Below are positions 41,860-55,790 of a stretch of 64,000 bases of DNA, one piece after another; position 1 is the stretch's first letter; each line of letters opens with the position of its first letter. The stretch covers positions 89,094,001 through 89,158,000 of the forward strand of contig OZ024743.1 of NCBI GenBank assembly GCA_964016885.1. The letters run 5' to 3'. The DNA comes from Eledone cirrhosa (lineage: Eukaryota). The notes beneath the pieces were generated by a model. The model was not told the origin of the DNA and ran no database searches. It saw nothing but the letters and a program-made list of their open reading frames with translations. The position numbers and the translations under genes were made by a program.

Positions 41860-42270
41860 GGCACTTCATAGGAGTGTTTGTTCTTGCTCTTTAGGTTTTG
41901 AGTTCAAATCTAACCGAGGTCAATTTTTGCCTTTCATCTTTACGGGGTCAATAAAATAAAGCACCAGTAACACACTGGGGTCAATTTAATCTACTTTCCC
42001 CCCAAGAAAACAATTGTTGGCCTTGTGCCTAAATCAGAAACCTTTAGGGTGGTGGATTGGCAGTATTGGTAGAACCTCGGGCAACATGCTTTGTAGCATA
42101 TTGGTACAGTCCTTTACATTCTGAGTTCAAATCCCACTGAGGTAAACTTTGCCTTTCATCCTTTCGAGGTCAATAAAGTAAAGTACCAGTCAAGTACCGG
42201 GGTTGATTTAATCGACTTTCCCCCTTCTTTCTCCAAATTAGCCAGCGTTGTGCCTAAATTAGAAATATAT
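41860..42270 (+). mobile_element. Two tandem Nin-domain SINEs
   Basis: Two cores and two tails in tandem. Confidence 0.8.
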
Positions 42271-42575
42271 ATTAGAAATATCTTCTGTCCTGTTTCTTCA
42301 CAACTTCATTTTCTGTAGCCATTGTTATTGTTGTTATTGATGTTATTGTTGCTATTGTTGTTGTTGCTGTTGTTGATGTTATTTTCGTTTTGTTATTGTT
42401 GTAGATATTATTGTTGTCGACGTTGTTAGTGTTGATGTTGTGGTTATTGTAGTTGTTATTGTTGCTATTGTTATTGTTGTTATTGTTGTTGTTTAGTCTC
42501 AGAACAGATCTTCAATTGAAGGAGTTCCAACAATGACCATTCCATTTTATCCTTTGGTGTATTTACAACTACATT

Positions 42576-42921
42576 GTAGGCACATGGCTTAGTGGTTAGA
42601 GCATTGGCCTTGCAATCAAAAGGTTGTGAGTTCAATTCTCAGACTGGGTGATGTGTTGTTTCCTTGAGCAAGACACTTTATTTCACATTGCTCCAGTTTA
42701 CTCAGCTGTAGAAATGAGACGATAGGGACTGGGGTCTCTATCATTCCACTGCAAAGTGGTCGTGGAGGTGCCACGGCAAAAAAGCACCCAGCACTCACTG
42801 TAAATGAGGTTGGTGTTAGGAAGGGCATCCAGCTGTAGAAATCAAGCCAGAATCAGTTCCCGTCCCACCCTTGCAAGCAGGGAAAAGTGGACATAAAATG
42901 ATAATGATGATGATGATGATG
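42576..42921 (+). mobile_element. RTE-tailed tRNA-SINE
   Basis: Near-identical to 13105-13448. Confidence 0.85.
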
Positions 42922-43541
42922 ATTGTCCAATACATCCTTCTTCTTCTTCTTCTTCTTCTTCTTCTTCTTCTTCTTCTTCTTCTTCCTGAGAGGGTCGTGG
43001 GGGCAGAGTCCTCAAACACTCCTTCCAGCAGGTCCTGTCAGAAGCAACCGTCTCCAACTGATCCAGCTGGATCCCCAAGTGAGACCAGCCAAGTTTATGG
43101 ATGTTATCCAACCATCTTGTTATGGGTCTACCCCTGGGTCTCCTGCTGGTTGGTTTTTACCCATAAAATCTGTCCAGCAATCTAAATTAAGACACCAATA
43201 ATATAACATTCAGGTGATAGATGTATCATGGTCGAATGTTTAAGGAGTTCATTTCACAATCATTAGGTCCCAGGTTCGATTCCACTGCATGAAATCTTGG
43301 GCAAATGTCATAGCCTCGTGTTGACCAAGTGAGTGAAATTGGGTAGACGGAAACTGTTTGGAAGCCCGTCCGATGGATCATACCTGTAACTCATTGAGCC
43401 AGCCATGTCACACACTGTCAGGCTGAATCTCTCTGAGAAGTATGTTAAAAGCACACGTCTCTGTGGAATGTTTAGTCACATACACAGGGTTGGATTTAGT
43501 CCTTGAGAGACCCGGGCACTTCAGGTTTTGGAGGGCCCCTC

Positions 43542-43892
43542 ATCATTTCATTTCATTTTTTCATCATTTCATTTTACGTACACTTTTCCCTGCTTGCAAG
43601 GGTGGGACGGGAACTGATTCTGGCTTGATTTCTACAGCTGGATGCCCTTCCTAACACCAACCTCATTTACAGTGAGTGCTGGGTGCTTTTTTGCCGTGGC
43701 ACCTCCACGACCACTTTGCAGTGGAATGATAGAGACCCCAGTCCTATCATCTCATTTCTACAGCTGAGTAAACTGGAGCATGTGAAATAAAGTGTCTTGC
43801 TCAAGGAAACAACACATCACCCGGTCTGAGAATTGAACTCACAACCTTTCGATTGCAAGGCCAATGCTCTAACCACTAAGCCATGAGCCTCA
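43542..43892 (-). mobile_element. RTE-tailed tRNA-SINE nested in a MITE
   Basis: Reverse complement of 42576-42921. Confidence 0.85.
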
Positions 43893-44419
43893 TACATAAA
43901 AATTAAATATACAACCCCCCTCCCCAATTTTACCTACCAAAGTTAGCTTGGCGCAAGTAATTGGAATTGAAAAGTTATACATACAGGTATTAAATTAACA
44001 AATTCTAACAATCCTAAAAAGCCCTGCAGAGGACACAAATTGCTACGGCCGTTGTTGGTGGGCCGTCCCACTGCTGGCGGCCCGGGGCAATTGCTCCCTT
44101 TGTCTCCCATTAAATCCGGCCCTGGTCATACACGCTAATTTCACGAGCAGGCTGTTCCATTGATCGAACAACTGTAACACTCATTGTCGAAACCAACGGA
44201 GGTTCCTCATAATATTCAGGTGAGTCCCTACCTGGATTCGAACTCGGGTCTTCTAACTTTGAAAAGAGACAGGATTAAATCACCTACTTACCTGAGATGT
44301 CCTCACTATGACATGTTCACACACATTATTTCCCTATTTCTGCCAACTCTCATTTCTCTCTCTCCCTTTCACTATTACACCCCTCCCCCATTCTCTTTCT
44401 CTCTCTTTCACACACACAC

Positions 44420-44461
<42 letters not shown>

Positions 44462-45266
44462 ACACACACACACACACACAAGCACGCATTCACCCCGAAC
44501 ATCAAACGCACTCAATACCAACAGCAACATCATCACCACCACCAACAGCAACAACACAACAACCGCCGCCACACCACCAACACCACTACCACCACCACCA
44601 CCACCACACACCACCACGACCACCACCACCACCACCACCACCACCACCACCACCACACCACCACCACCGCCAACAACAACAACAACCACAGAAACCATTG
44701 ATGGAGGTGATACCAGTCAACATTGAAGTGTTTGGTACAGAATGTCTCGTTGCTAAAGTAATGGCTTGGTTACTGACAGAAACTATCAGTACTGGGTATA
44801 CACACATTCCCTTACACACATACATATAGACACACATACATATAGACACACATACATATAGACACACATACATATAGACACACATATACTCTCCTACACA
44901 CACACACACATACATAGACATACATATACTTTCTCACATACATATAGACACACATACATATAGACACACATATACTCTCCTACACACATACACACATACA
45001 TACATAGACATACATATACTTTCTCACATACATATAGACACACATACATATAGACACACATACATATAGACACACATATACTCTCCTACACACATACACA
45101 CATACATAGACATACATATACTTTCTCACATACATATAGACACACATATACTCTCCTACACATACACACATACATACATAGACATACATATACTTTCTCA
45201 CATACATATAGACACATACATACAGACATACATATACTCTTTTATTCACATACACACATATAGACA

Positions 45267-47386
45267 TAGACATACATATACATATGGTGGCTGCCAACTC
45301 GTTTTCGAGTACGGTCACTACTTTATATCCATGTAGGAGAACCTCTACCGATGCGCTGACGAGTGTGACTTTTTAGTCCAGCCAGCGACTTGAAAACTCT
45401 GGTACAAACACTACACTTGTGACAATTATTGACACATAGTGCTGGGCCCATGGTACCATGTGACGACAAGTGCAGAGAGATCTCCAGATATAAAGCAATG
45501 CCTGTGCCGTGAAGCTTTTATAGTGAGCAAAGGCACTGCACAAAGCCTGTCCCACTCTCTTAACCAAGATGATATTTACCAAAAAGAAGAACAAGTCAAC
45601 ATCATTGGATACCATCAGAGTTGCAGGTGTTATATCAGAGTTTTCCTTCTCCTAGAATTGTGCCTTGACAAAGGCTAAGGGGTCATCTCTCCCGGTACTT
45701 TTGGATGGCCATTGACTCTTAAGAGCTCTTTGCCCTTTGATGTATATATGTGTATGTGTATATGTGTGTATATGTATATATGTGTATATGTATATATGTA
45801 TGTATGTGTATGTGTATGTATATATATGTATGTGTGTATATGTATGTATATGTATATGTGTGTGTATATATGTATGTATATGTATGTGTGTCAGGTCACC
45901 AGTTGGTGCTACTGGTAACATGTATCCCAGTACAATCTGTCTCATGGTCGGGTTGTTGGCGACGAAACTGGCAACCCCACCAAGGTTTCTTGGTGAGGAG
46001 GGTGACTTTGGACATCCTGCAGGACTAAAAACAAAACCTGTCAAAGGGCAAAGGAGCTCTTAAGAGTCAATGGCCATCCAAAATCACCGGGAGAGATGAC
46101 CCCTTAGCCTTTGTCAAGGCAGAATTCTAGGAGAAGGAAAACTCTGATATAACACCTGCAACCCTGATGGTATCCAATGATGTTGACTTGTTCTTCTTTT
46201 TGGTAAATATCATCTTGGTTAAGAGAGTGGGACTGGCTTTGTGCAGTGCCTTTGCTCACTATAAAAGCTTCACGGCACAGGCATTGCTTTATATCTGGAG
46301 ATCTCTCTGCACTTGTCGTCACATGGTACCATGGGCCCAGCACTGTGTCAGTAATTGTCACAAGTGTAGTGTTTGTACCAGAGTTTTCAAGTCGCTGGCT
46401 GGACTAAAAAGTCACACTCGTTCAGCGCATCGGTAGGGGTTCTCCTACATGGATATAAAGTAGTGGCCGTACTCGAAAACGAGTTGGCAGCCACCATGTA
46501 TGTGTGTATATATATATGTGCGTATGTATGTATGTGTATATGTGCGTATGTATGTATATGTATATATGTATGTATATGTATATGTGTATGTATGTATATG
46601 TATGTATGTATGTATATGTATGTGTGTATGTATATGTATATATGTATGTATGTATATGTGTATGTATGTATGTATGTATGTATGTATGTATGTATGTATG
46701 TATGTATGTATGTATATGCGTATGTATGTATATGTGTATATGTATGTGTGTATATGTATATATGTATGTATGTGTATGTATATATGTATGTATATGTATG
46801 TGTGTATGTATATGTATGTATGTATGTATATGTGTATATATATGTATGTATATGTGTATGTATATGTATGTATATGTGTATATATATGTATGTATATATA
46901 TATATATGTATGTGTGTATGAATGTATGTATGTATGTATGTATGTATGTATGTATGTATGTATATATCTTAAATCACCGGGAGAGATGACCCCTTAGTCT
47001 TTGTCAAGGCAGAATTCTAGGAGAAGGAAAACTCTGATATAACACCTGCAACTCTGATGGTATCCAATGATGTTGACTTGTTCTTCTTTTTGGTAAATAT
47101 CATCTTGGTTAAGAGAGTGGGACTGGCTTTGTGCAGTGCCTTTGCTCACTATAAAAGCTTCACGGCACAGGCATTGCTTTATATCTGGAGATCTCTCTGC
47201 ACTTGTCGTCACATGGTACCATGGGCCCAGCACTATGTGTCAATAATTGTCACAAGTGTAGTGTTTGTACCAGAGTTTTCAAGTCGCTGGCTGGACTAAA
47301 AAGTCACACTCGTCAGCGCATCGGTAGGGGTTCTCCTACATGGATATAAAGTAGTGGCCGTACTCGAAAACGAGTTGGCAGCCACC

Positions 47387-47417
<31 letters not shown>

Positions 47418-47728
47418 TGTATGTATGTATGTATGTATGTATGTATGTATGTGTGTATATGTATATGTATGTGTGTATGTATGTATATATGTATGTGTAT
47501 GTATGTATGTGTTTATGTATGTATGTATGTATGTATGTATGTATGTATGTATGTATGTATGTATGTATGTATGTGTCAGGTCACCAGTTGGTGCTACTGG
47601 TAACATGTATCCCTGTACAACCTGTCTCATGGTCGGGTCGTTGGCGACTAAACTGGGAACCCCACCAAGGTTTCTTAGTGAGGAGGGTGACTTTAGACAT
47701 CCTGCAGGACTAAAAACAAAACCTGTCA
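45267..47728. mobile_element. Multimer of bipartite non-autonomous RTE elements with (GTAT)n tails
   Basis: Units at 45284-45740 (-), 45892-46497 (+), 46971-47388 (+), 47577-47728 (+); RTE-type 5'UTR motif ctaggagaaggaaaactctga and terminal C2H2 remnant [23 protein letters not shown]. Confidence 0.8.
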
Positions 47729-48729
47729 TATAGACACATACATACAGACATACATATACTCTGTTACTCACATACACACATATAGACACATACTTACAGA
47801 CATACATATAACCTCTAACTCTCACACACACATATATAGACACATACACATACATATAATCTCTTACTCACATACACACATACATAGACATACATATACT
47901 GTCTTACATACATACACATATGCACTCGTACATACAGACATACAGATAGATTTTTACATACATACTCTCGGGGTCGAATAATCGCCCCTCCCCCACTGTC
48001 CTCCGTTAATTTATTTTTCAGATCCCTAGAATAAAGGTGTTAATAAAATGAAATAACATGTGATGCTTATAGAAGAACCCCTTAAAATATTGGTTTCTGA
48101 TTTAGGCACAAGGCCAACAATTTATTTTTTTTTTTATTTTTTTTTTTTTGCGGGGGATAGTGAACAGTCGATTAAATCCACCCCCAGTGCATTACTGGTA
48201 TTATATTTTATCAACCCCGTAAGGCAAAACTAAACTTGGCGGGATTTGAACTCAGAACGTAAAGGGCCATAACTCTATGCTGCAAAGCATGGTGTCCGAC
48301 GCTCTACCGATTCTGCCAATCCACTACCCTAGAACAGTGTCAATTTTAGGTTAAGATATATGTTAACTGTGGAGTGAGAGAGTTGATTCTATAATTCTAG
48401 GGGCTGGGTGTTGGTTAGATATTACACAGCTTCAGATGTTAGGAGCATTGTTTTGGGCAGTGTGTGGTGGTAGCATGTAACCCAGTACAATCTGCACATG
48501 GTCAGGTGATCGACGACTAAACACCGGCAACCCCACCAAGCTTGCGTGGTGAGGAGGAGGATTTTGGACACCCAGCGGGAGGAAAAACAGGAGAGTCAAC
48601 GGCCATCCAATAAAGTATTTGTGTGTGTGTGTGGAGCAAGTGATTCCTAGTCTTCATTAAGACATCTCTCTAGGAGAAGGTCATTCTGATATAAAACCTG
48701 CAACTTCGCATCCAATGATTGACTGTGTT

Positions 48730-48955
48730 GTCAAGCCCGTGGCAGTGGGGACATTTGGTGTCCTTGGCCCTAAGACCACCTCCCTACTCACCACCATCGG
48801 CAGCCCGTTGCAATGGAGACTTCTGGTGTCCTTGGCCTTAGGACCACCTTCCTACCAACCAACATTGGCTACCCGCAGGTGTGAGCCTCGCGAGCTGGAA
48901 TGGTTCTTCCAACGCGTCTCCCCCACCGTCCTTCGGGGAAACTCCTTCTATTTCT
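48730..48955 (+). mobile_element. CRE-clade non-LTR C-terminal fragment
   Basis: PVAV.TFGVLGP..FFQRVS..VLRGN resembles the CRE restriction-like endonuclease C-terminus. Confidence 0.6.
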
Positions 48956-49210
48956 GTCCGTCGGGGTTGCGGGGCGGCCAGCGTATGGGTCTACATTTGC
49001 TTATAATAGAAAGAGATGGTTAGAGTAGTAGAGTTGGAGGCAATGACAGTGGGGGTTAGGTCCCACTGTGTTCGGACCTGGTGTATATATGTATATATTT
49101 ATTTAACACATCATATATACATTTTATGTTATAATCCATAGAGCAGTCAGTGTTTCTTGGCTGCGACAGCATACAGGTGACATTGCAGACTCCTCCTGTT
49201 TCCCAAGTGG

Positions 49211-49251
<41 letters not shown>

Positions 49252-49358
49252 ACCATTAAAGGAACAGGAGCCCAAGGTTGTCGGTCTCCCCTGGAAACTG
49301 ATTACTGATCTCTGATCTGGATCAGGCGAACGACAACAACCTGGGACGAACTCATACA

Positions 49359-49424
<66 letters not shown>

Positions 49425-49958
49425 AAGAAAGAAGATGAACTAATAGAAAACAATACAATTCTCCCCCAGGCAGTCTCTCAAATTGTGAGTTCATGTACCG
49501 TAGTGAGCAACTGTGTGTGTTTCTTGATAAGACACAACAACAACAACAAACAATAACGAAAATCTTGATCCTGCTAGCAAGCTAGTGTTAAGTCTGTGCT
49601 CACCTCTGGATCACACCAGCTCAATGGAGAGATATCCTTTAAGGCAATGATCCTATTAGATGTTTTATGATCTTAAGTTTCACATGCATTGTGTGATCAT
49701 TAGTAAGGATCTAAGAAGTTCCTTAAAGCCACCCTCCCTACCCCTACCAACCATCCTGCCACAACTCACCATTGACGGGTAGATTTAGTGCTATGACTAC
49801 CAAAATATTAGTTCTAGAAGTTACGGTCAGCACTTCACTATTGTCAAAAATATATAACAACAACAACAACAACAACATAACAGTTGCCGTTGTTGTTGTT
49901 GTCGTTGTTGTCAACAGCGACGATGACGACGACAAGCACCAGCATAAGTCGCACCAAT

Positions 49959-50008
<50 letters not shown>

Positions 50009-50220
50009 AGCACTAGCACTAACACCACTAGTAGCTCCACCACCGCCACCACCTCCACCTCCACCAGTTACTTATATTTTATGTACGACATCATAAATGC
50101 AGAGTTGAAGTTACACACACACACACGTACATACATATATTTATATATATATACACATACGCACACACACACATATATATATATATATACACATGCACTG
50201 ACACACACAGACACACACAC

Positions 50221-50307
<87 letters not shown>

Positions 50308-50491
50308 TACACTGAAGTGGAAAACTTAGCAACGGGTAGGAAGTTAGAGCTGAACAGCTTATTAAAAAACTGATTCCTTTTGATAGAGTGATAGAATGAC
50401 ACAGCATTAAGTACACATATAATCTGGTGTGAACTGTATGAAAAATATCAATGTGTTTGGACACGATGTCAACAGTGAAGTGGTACAATGT

Positions 50492-50499
50492 TATAAATA
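50492..50499 (+). promoter_or_regulatory. Candidate TATA box of the beta-tubulin gene
   Basis: TATAAATA 126 nt upstream of the ATG. Confidence 0.4.
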
Positions 50500-50617
50500 G
50501 CAGAGAACTTCGTAGAACCCAATTCTACAGGAATTACCATCAGACACAAACAGGAAGAATTTCAACTCTATTAAAGAAACTCACATTTTTCTTCAGTCAG
50601 TTCTCAACCAAGTAACC

Positions 50618-50674
50618 ATGAGAGAGATTGTTCATATGCAAGCCGGACAGTGTGGGAATCAAATTGGTGCCAAG
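50618..50674 (+). CDS. TUBB: Beta-tubulin coding exon 1 (MREIVHMQAGQCGNQIGAK)
   Basis: Invariant beta-tubulin N-terminus, accATG context, donor gtaaag after codon 19 (conserved intron position). Exon 2 (FWEVISDEH) not seen in the window. Confidence 0.97.
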
Positions 50675-52464
50675 GTAAAGAAATATTATTAGTTTCCTCT
50701 TTTATTTAGTCCAAAGTTAACCGATTAAATAATCTTCCAACATATTACTGGTATATATTGTATGAATCCTAAGGCAAAAAAACAAACAAAAAAAAACATT
50801 TTTTTCGGCAGTTGAAATTACAATAGATGTGGCTTAGCTGTTAGGATGGTGGACTTACAATCACAAGGTCGTGTGTTCGATTCCTTGACTGGGCGGCGTA
50901 TTGTGTTCTTGAACAAGCTTCCCATTGCTTTTCCTGATAGGGTTGGAGCTCCTAACACTGAAACACCGGAGAAATCTTCTATAGATGCAGCTTCACACGA
51001 GGTCAGCTAAACCTGCTCAGGTGTGAGCTGTATATTATTTCATGTTTCATTTATTGTTTCAATAGTCACTAGTCACACTGCAATACGGTGGAGTAGTTAA
51101 CTGTTTCTCTAAAGTCCCATTGAATCCAGTGATGTTAACAATAATTTCTTACAGAGCATAAGATCTTAAATTAGAAGATTATACTGCCTCCAATACGTGA
51201 CTGGTATTTTAATTTATCGATACCAGAAAGAGCAAAGGCTAAGTCGAACTTAGCGAGATTTGAACTCAAAATGGAAAGAATGTAAAAAAATATCACAAGG
51301 CATCCACTTCTCTTACTGGTGAATTCTAGTGGAGACAGATGAGCATTATAGTTTGTTGTATCAACCATGGAAGAATAAAACTTAATGTGAACCAAGGAGG
51401 GATTCGAACTCAGAACGTAAAGAGGTGTAACCAAATACTACGAGGCATTTAGTCAGCTATTCTAACCAATTCTGTCATCGCCACCGTTTCATTAGTGGTT
51501 GTTGTGTTCTTGACACAGCAGAAGAGTCCCAGCCAGCGGAGTTGGATTTAAAACTTGGGTGGCCCGGGGCACTTTCAGGTTGGGGCGAGGGGGGGGGGGG
51601 ATCATACACAAACAATTAGAATACACAGCAAACCATCTAATTTTACATATCAAAGTTGGCATGGCGCAAGTAACTGGAATTGAAAAGTTATACATACAAT
51701 TAAGTTATACATTAAATTCAAAAATTTTAACCATCCTAGAACTAAAAAGCCCAGCTGAGGGCACAAATAGATTGCTACGGCCGTCGCTGGGGTCCCCCTC
51801 GCTACAGGGAGGTGGGGGCAATTGCCCCATTTGCCACCCATTAAATTCGGCCCAGTCCGCCAGCCATTTTTTTGGTATGGTTTCTATGACTAGATGACTT
51901 TCCTAACAGCAACCATTTTATAGAGTGTACTGGGTGCTTTTTATTGTGGTAGCAACAATATAGGGAGGGAAAAATAAGGAACTAATTGGCAAATTGGACC
52001 AAGGAAACTATGTTTCTATTGGTCTTTCCATTGCTGATACAATCAATCTGCCACAAAACATCCTACGCAACTCTTTAAGAGTTCTGCCATTTTAACAACC
52101 CAGAAGTTGAACTCGTTTGAGAAACAAGTTCATCTGAAACGATGTCAAACCTGAAACAGTTATATCATAGGAAGCCATTTTAGTTATTTACGAACATACA
52201 AAATAAACTGTGCCATTCACTTTACTTTTCACTATATTTCTTAATAGTGTTGTCTACTATGAAATGTCAACAAGTTTCGTCGTACACACAATCCAACTGC
52301 ATCTTTATGGAACTATGCCAGTGACTGGTACCATCCTTTTTGTTTTTCTTATTTTCATGTTTACATGCAAAACACGCACGCCCAAACATCCACTAACTCC
52401 CACCACTACACATATATATATACACACACACACACACATATATATATGTATTATGTATATACAT

Positions 52465-52496
<32 letters not shown>

Positions 52497-52623
52497 TTCG
52501 TTTCTGAATTTGTTTAGCAAGATTCTTTATCTGAAATCGTGTGTTGAAACCGATATTGTTATACTGAAGTGAAAGCAACTGGTGCGTGTGTTTCTTATTG
52601 GCAACATGACCCTCCCAAAGTAT

Positions 52624-52750
<127 letters not shown>

Positions 52751-53329
52751 TATACATATATATATATATATATGTATGTATGTATATACATATATATATG
52801 TATATATATATATATGTAATATGTATGTATATACATAGTGCAAGGTCAACAATAAAGGACTTTAAAATCTGCAGAAACAATGACGGAGAACAAATTACGA
52901 TAAATGGTAAGCATGTGTGTATGTGTGCATGCATGTGTGTGAGTGTGTGTGTGTGTGTGTGTATGTGTGTATATATATGTGTGTGTGCATGTGCGAGTGT
53001 GTGTGTGTGCATGCATGTGTGTGTGTGCATGCATGTGTGTATGTGTGTATATATATGTGTATGTGTGTGTGCATGTGCGAGTGTGTGTGTGTGTGTGCAT
53101 GTGCGAGTGTGTGTGTGTGTGCATGTGTGTGTGTGTGCATGCATGTGTGTATGTGTGTATATATATGTGTATGTGTGTGTGCATGTGCGAGTGTGTGTGT
53201 GTATGCATGTGTGTGCATGCATGTGTGTATATATATGTGTATGTGTGTGTGCATGTGCGAGTGTGTGTGTGTGTGTGTGTGCATGCATGTGTGTGTGTGC
53301 ATGCATGTGTGTATGTGTGTATATATATG

Positions 53330-53360
<31 letters not shown>

Positions 53361-53459
53361 AAATAAATAAATTATTACCCCCTATAAATAAATTATTACC
53401 CCCTCCCCTACTCTCAAATTTATGGCCTTGTGTCAGAAAGAAGTATTATATCTACTTAA

Positions 53460-54003
53460 GAAAATTCCCGCCGAGGTCAACTACGTCATTCACCTTTCCA
53501 GGATCAATGATAGATATAAAGTACCAGTAATGTACTGAGGTCGATGTAATTGATTTTCCATCCCTCTCATCAAAATTATTGGCCTTATGCCTATGAATTG
53601 GCAGTTTAGGGAGAGGGTCGGACGCCATGCTTTCCAGCATAGTGGCGTTCCTTTACGGCCCGAGTTCAAATCCCGTCGAGGTTAACTTTGTCTTTCATCC
53701 ATACGGGGTCGATAAGATAAAGTACCAGTAATATACTGTGATAATTGCTGGCCTTGTGCCAAAAGTTGAAACAATTATTATTAGGGGGGTGTATTGACAG
53801 AATCGTTTGAGCGTCGGGTAAAATACCTTGTGACATATTTGTTCGGGATCATTACGTTCTGAGTATAAATCCCGCCGAGGTTAACTTTGCCTTTCATCCT
53901 TACGGGGTCGATAAAATAAAGTACCAACAATGCACTGGGTCGACTTAATCGACTTTTCCCTCCCCGCAAAATTATCGGCCGTGTCCCTAAATCAGAAACC
54001 ATA
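53460..54003 (+). mobile_element. Three tandem Nin-domain SINEs
   Basis: Repeated core and tail. Confidence 0.8.
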
Positions 54004-54137
54004 AGTTTCAGACCTTCACTGAGGCTGTGCTGAAGCATAACATTCAAAGTTTTTAGTTGATTATATTGATCCAATATATATTTTACTCTGGTCTTATCTT
54101 ATTGATTTCTATATATTATATTAAGTTAAACTAGAAA

Positions 54138-54194
54138 ATAATACTTTCTTTATTAACCACAAGGGTTTACATAAAGTAGACATTAAGGACAGTA
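54138..54194 (-). mobile_element. ~55-bp 3' terminus of the Tx1-like LINE
   Basis: Reverse complement matches 62842-62898. Confidence 0.85.
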
Positions 54195-54471
54195 TAATAA
54201 TAAATATTAACTCTACAGAACATATTGAGTAATCTTTGTTTGTAACATTGCTTTCTTTGTTATCATCACCTTCATGTTCATTATTATCATCTTCATCATT
54301 GTTGTCGTCGTCATCGTTATCATCATCATCATAATTGTCACTATCGTCATCATGATGATGGTCATCAGCATTATTACCATCACCAACCCCACCACTTGGA
54401 CAAATGTCTTCAAGCTGACAACCAATACCTTGGGAGTAGAATTTGGTTGACGGAATCAGCAGAAGCTCGTC

Positions 54472-54603
<132 letters not shown>

Positions 54604-55790
54604 GTTCTTTGAGTCTCAGTCTTTGAGTCTCAGTCATTGATGTTAGTTAACTGGAAAGTTTGTTGAAATGAATATCAAGCCACTACCTGCAGCCTCAGAT
54701 ATTCAGGACGTATCGGAGGGTTCTTGCTGTTCCCAGCAAGCATGCCTTTTGAAGCGTTCCAAAAAGCGTGAAGGGGCCAATTTTCTTTAACCATCCCTGG
54801 AAACTTTTTGAGATAGTCCCTAGTGCGCCTATGACAATCGGGATCACTTTGACTTCATGGCAGTTCCAAATCCTTTTTACCTCCCACTTTAAGTCCTGGT
54901 ATCGGTTAATTTTCCCCCTCTACTTTTCTTGCACTCTCGTGTCGAATGGGCAGGCCACATCCACAATCAGGCACGATCTTTTTTCTTTGTCCACAACCAC
55001 CAGGTCAGGTCTATTGTGTTCCAGTTTCTTGTCCGTCTGTATCCTAAAATCCCACAGCACCTTCACCTGATCGTTTTCTATCACCGACTCTAGCTTATGC
55101 TCATACCACTTCTCAGAATGTGGTAAATTGTTTACTTTGCATAGGTGCCAGTGGATCACCCTGCCCATCACATCATGTCTCCAGCCCTTATAGTGAGTCT
55201 GGGCTAGGTGTTTACACTCGGATACAATGTGAGCCACAGTCTCCTCTCTCTCTCCACAGATCCTGCACAGTGGGCTAGCCTCCTCCTTGTAAATATGGTG
55301 TTTCAACCACTTCGTTTTGAGGGCCTGCTCCTGCGCAGCCATTAACATTCCTTCTGTAGCCTTTTTAAGGTCTCCTCTTTTCAACCAGTTCCATGTCTGT
55401 GGATCTCTAAATTCAGTTTTCTCAAAGAAGGTACTATGAAGGGATTTTTCCTGAAGGCTGCTCTTTCTCCTTGATGTTATTTCCTCCTTGGACATCCCCT
55501 GGTCTATTGTCCCCTCCTTCAGTACAGTTATGAGCATTGGCTCCTTACTATCAGTCACGTATTTGTGTAGGTTGTTTTTCTCCATCTGAACACAGTCCTC
55601 TATGCTGATAAGACCTCTTCCACCTTCAGATCTCCTTAAGTAGAGTCTATCGACATCACCTTAAGTAGAGTCTATCGACATCACTCCTCTTGTGGAACAT
55701 GCTGTAGATAGTCAATAGCTTCCTAGTCTTCCTATCCATTTCTTTTTGTTCAGCAACATTCCATCTCAGAATTCCCGCACTGTAGTTAAC
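54604..55790 (-). mobile_element. 5'-truncated R4/Dong-clade retrotransposon (restriction-like endonuclease)
   Basis: AAQEQAL, CRICGEREETVAHIVSEC knuckle, RHD, RPDLVVVD..DVACP, LLGTAR.LR.VL*; 3' end abuts (TAA)n; 25-bp tandem duplication at 55634-55683 and a stop at 54920. Confidence 0.9.

Noticed and set aside
45894-46008. HDV-like ribozyme (GGTCACC/GGTGACT P1 with G-U)
   Set aside because: No recognisable P3/L3, P1.1 or J4/2 in the required order; kept only as an unclassified structured leader.
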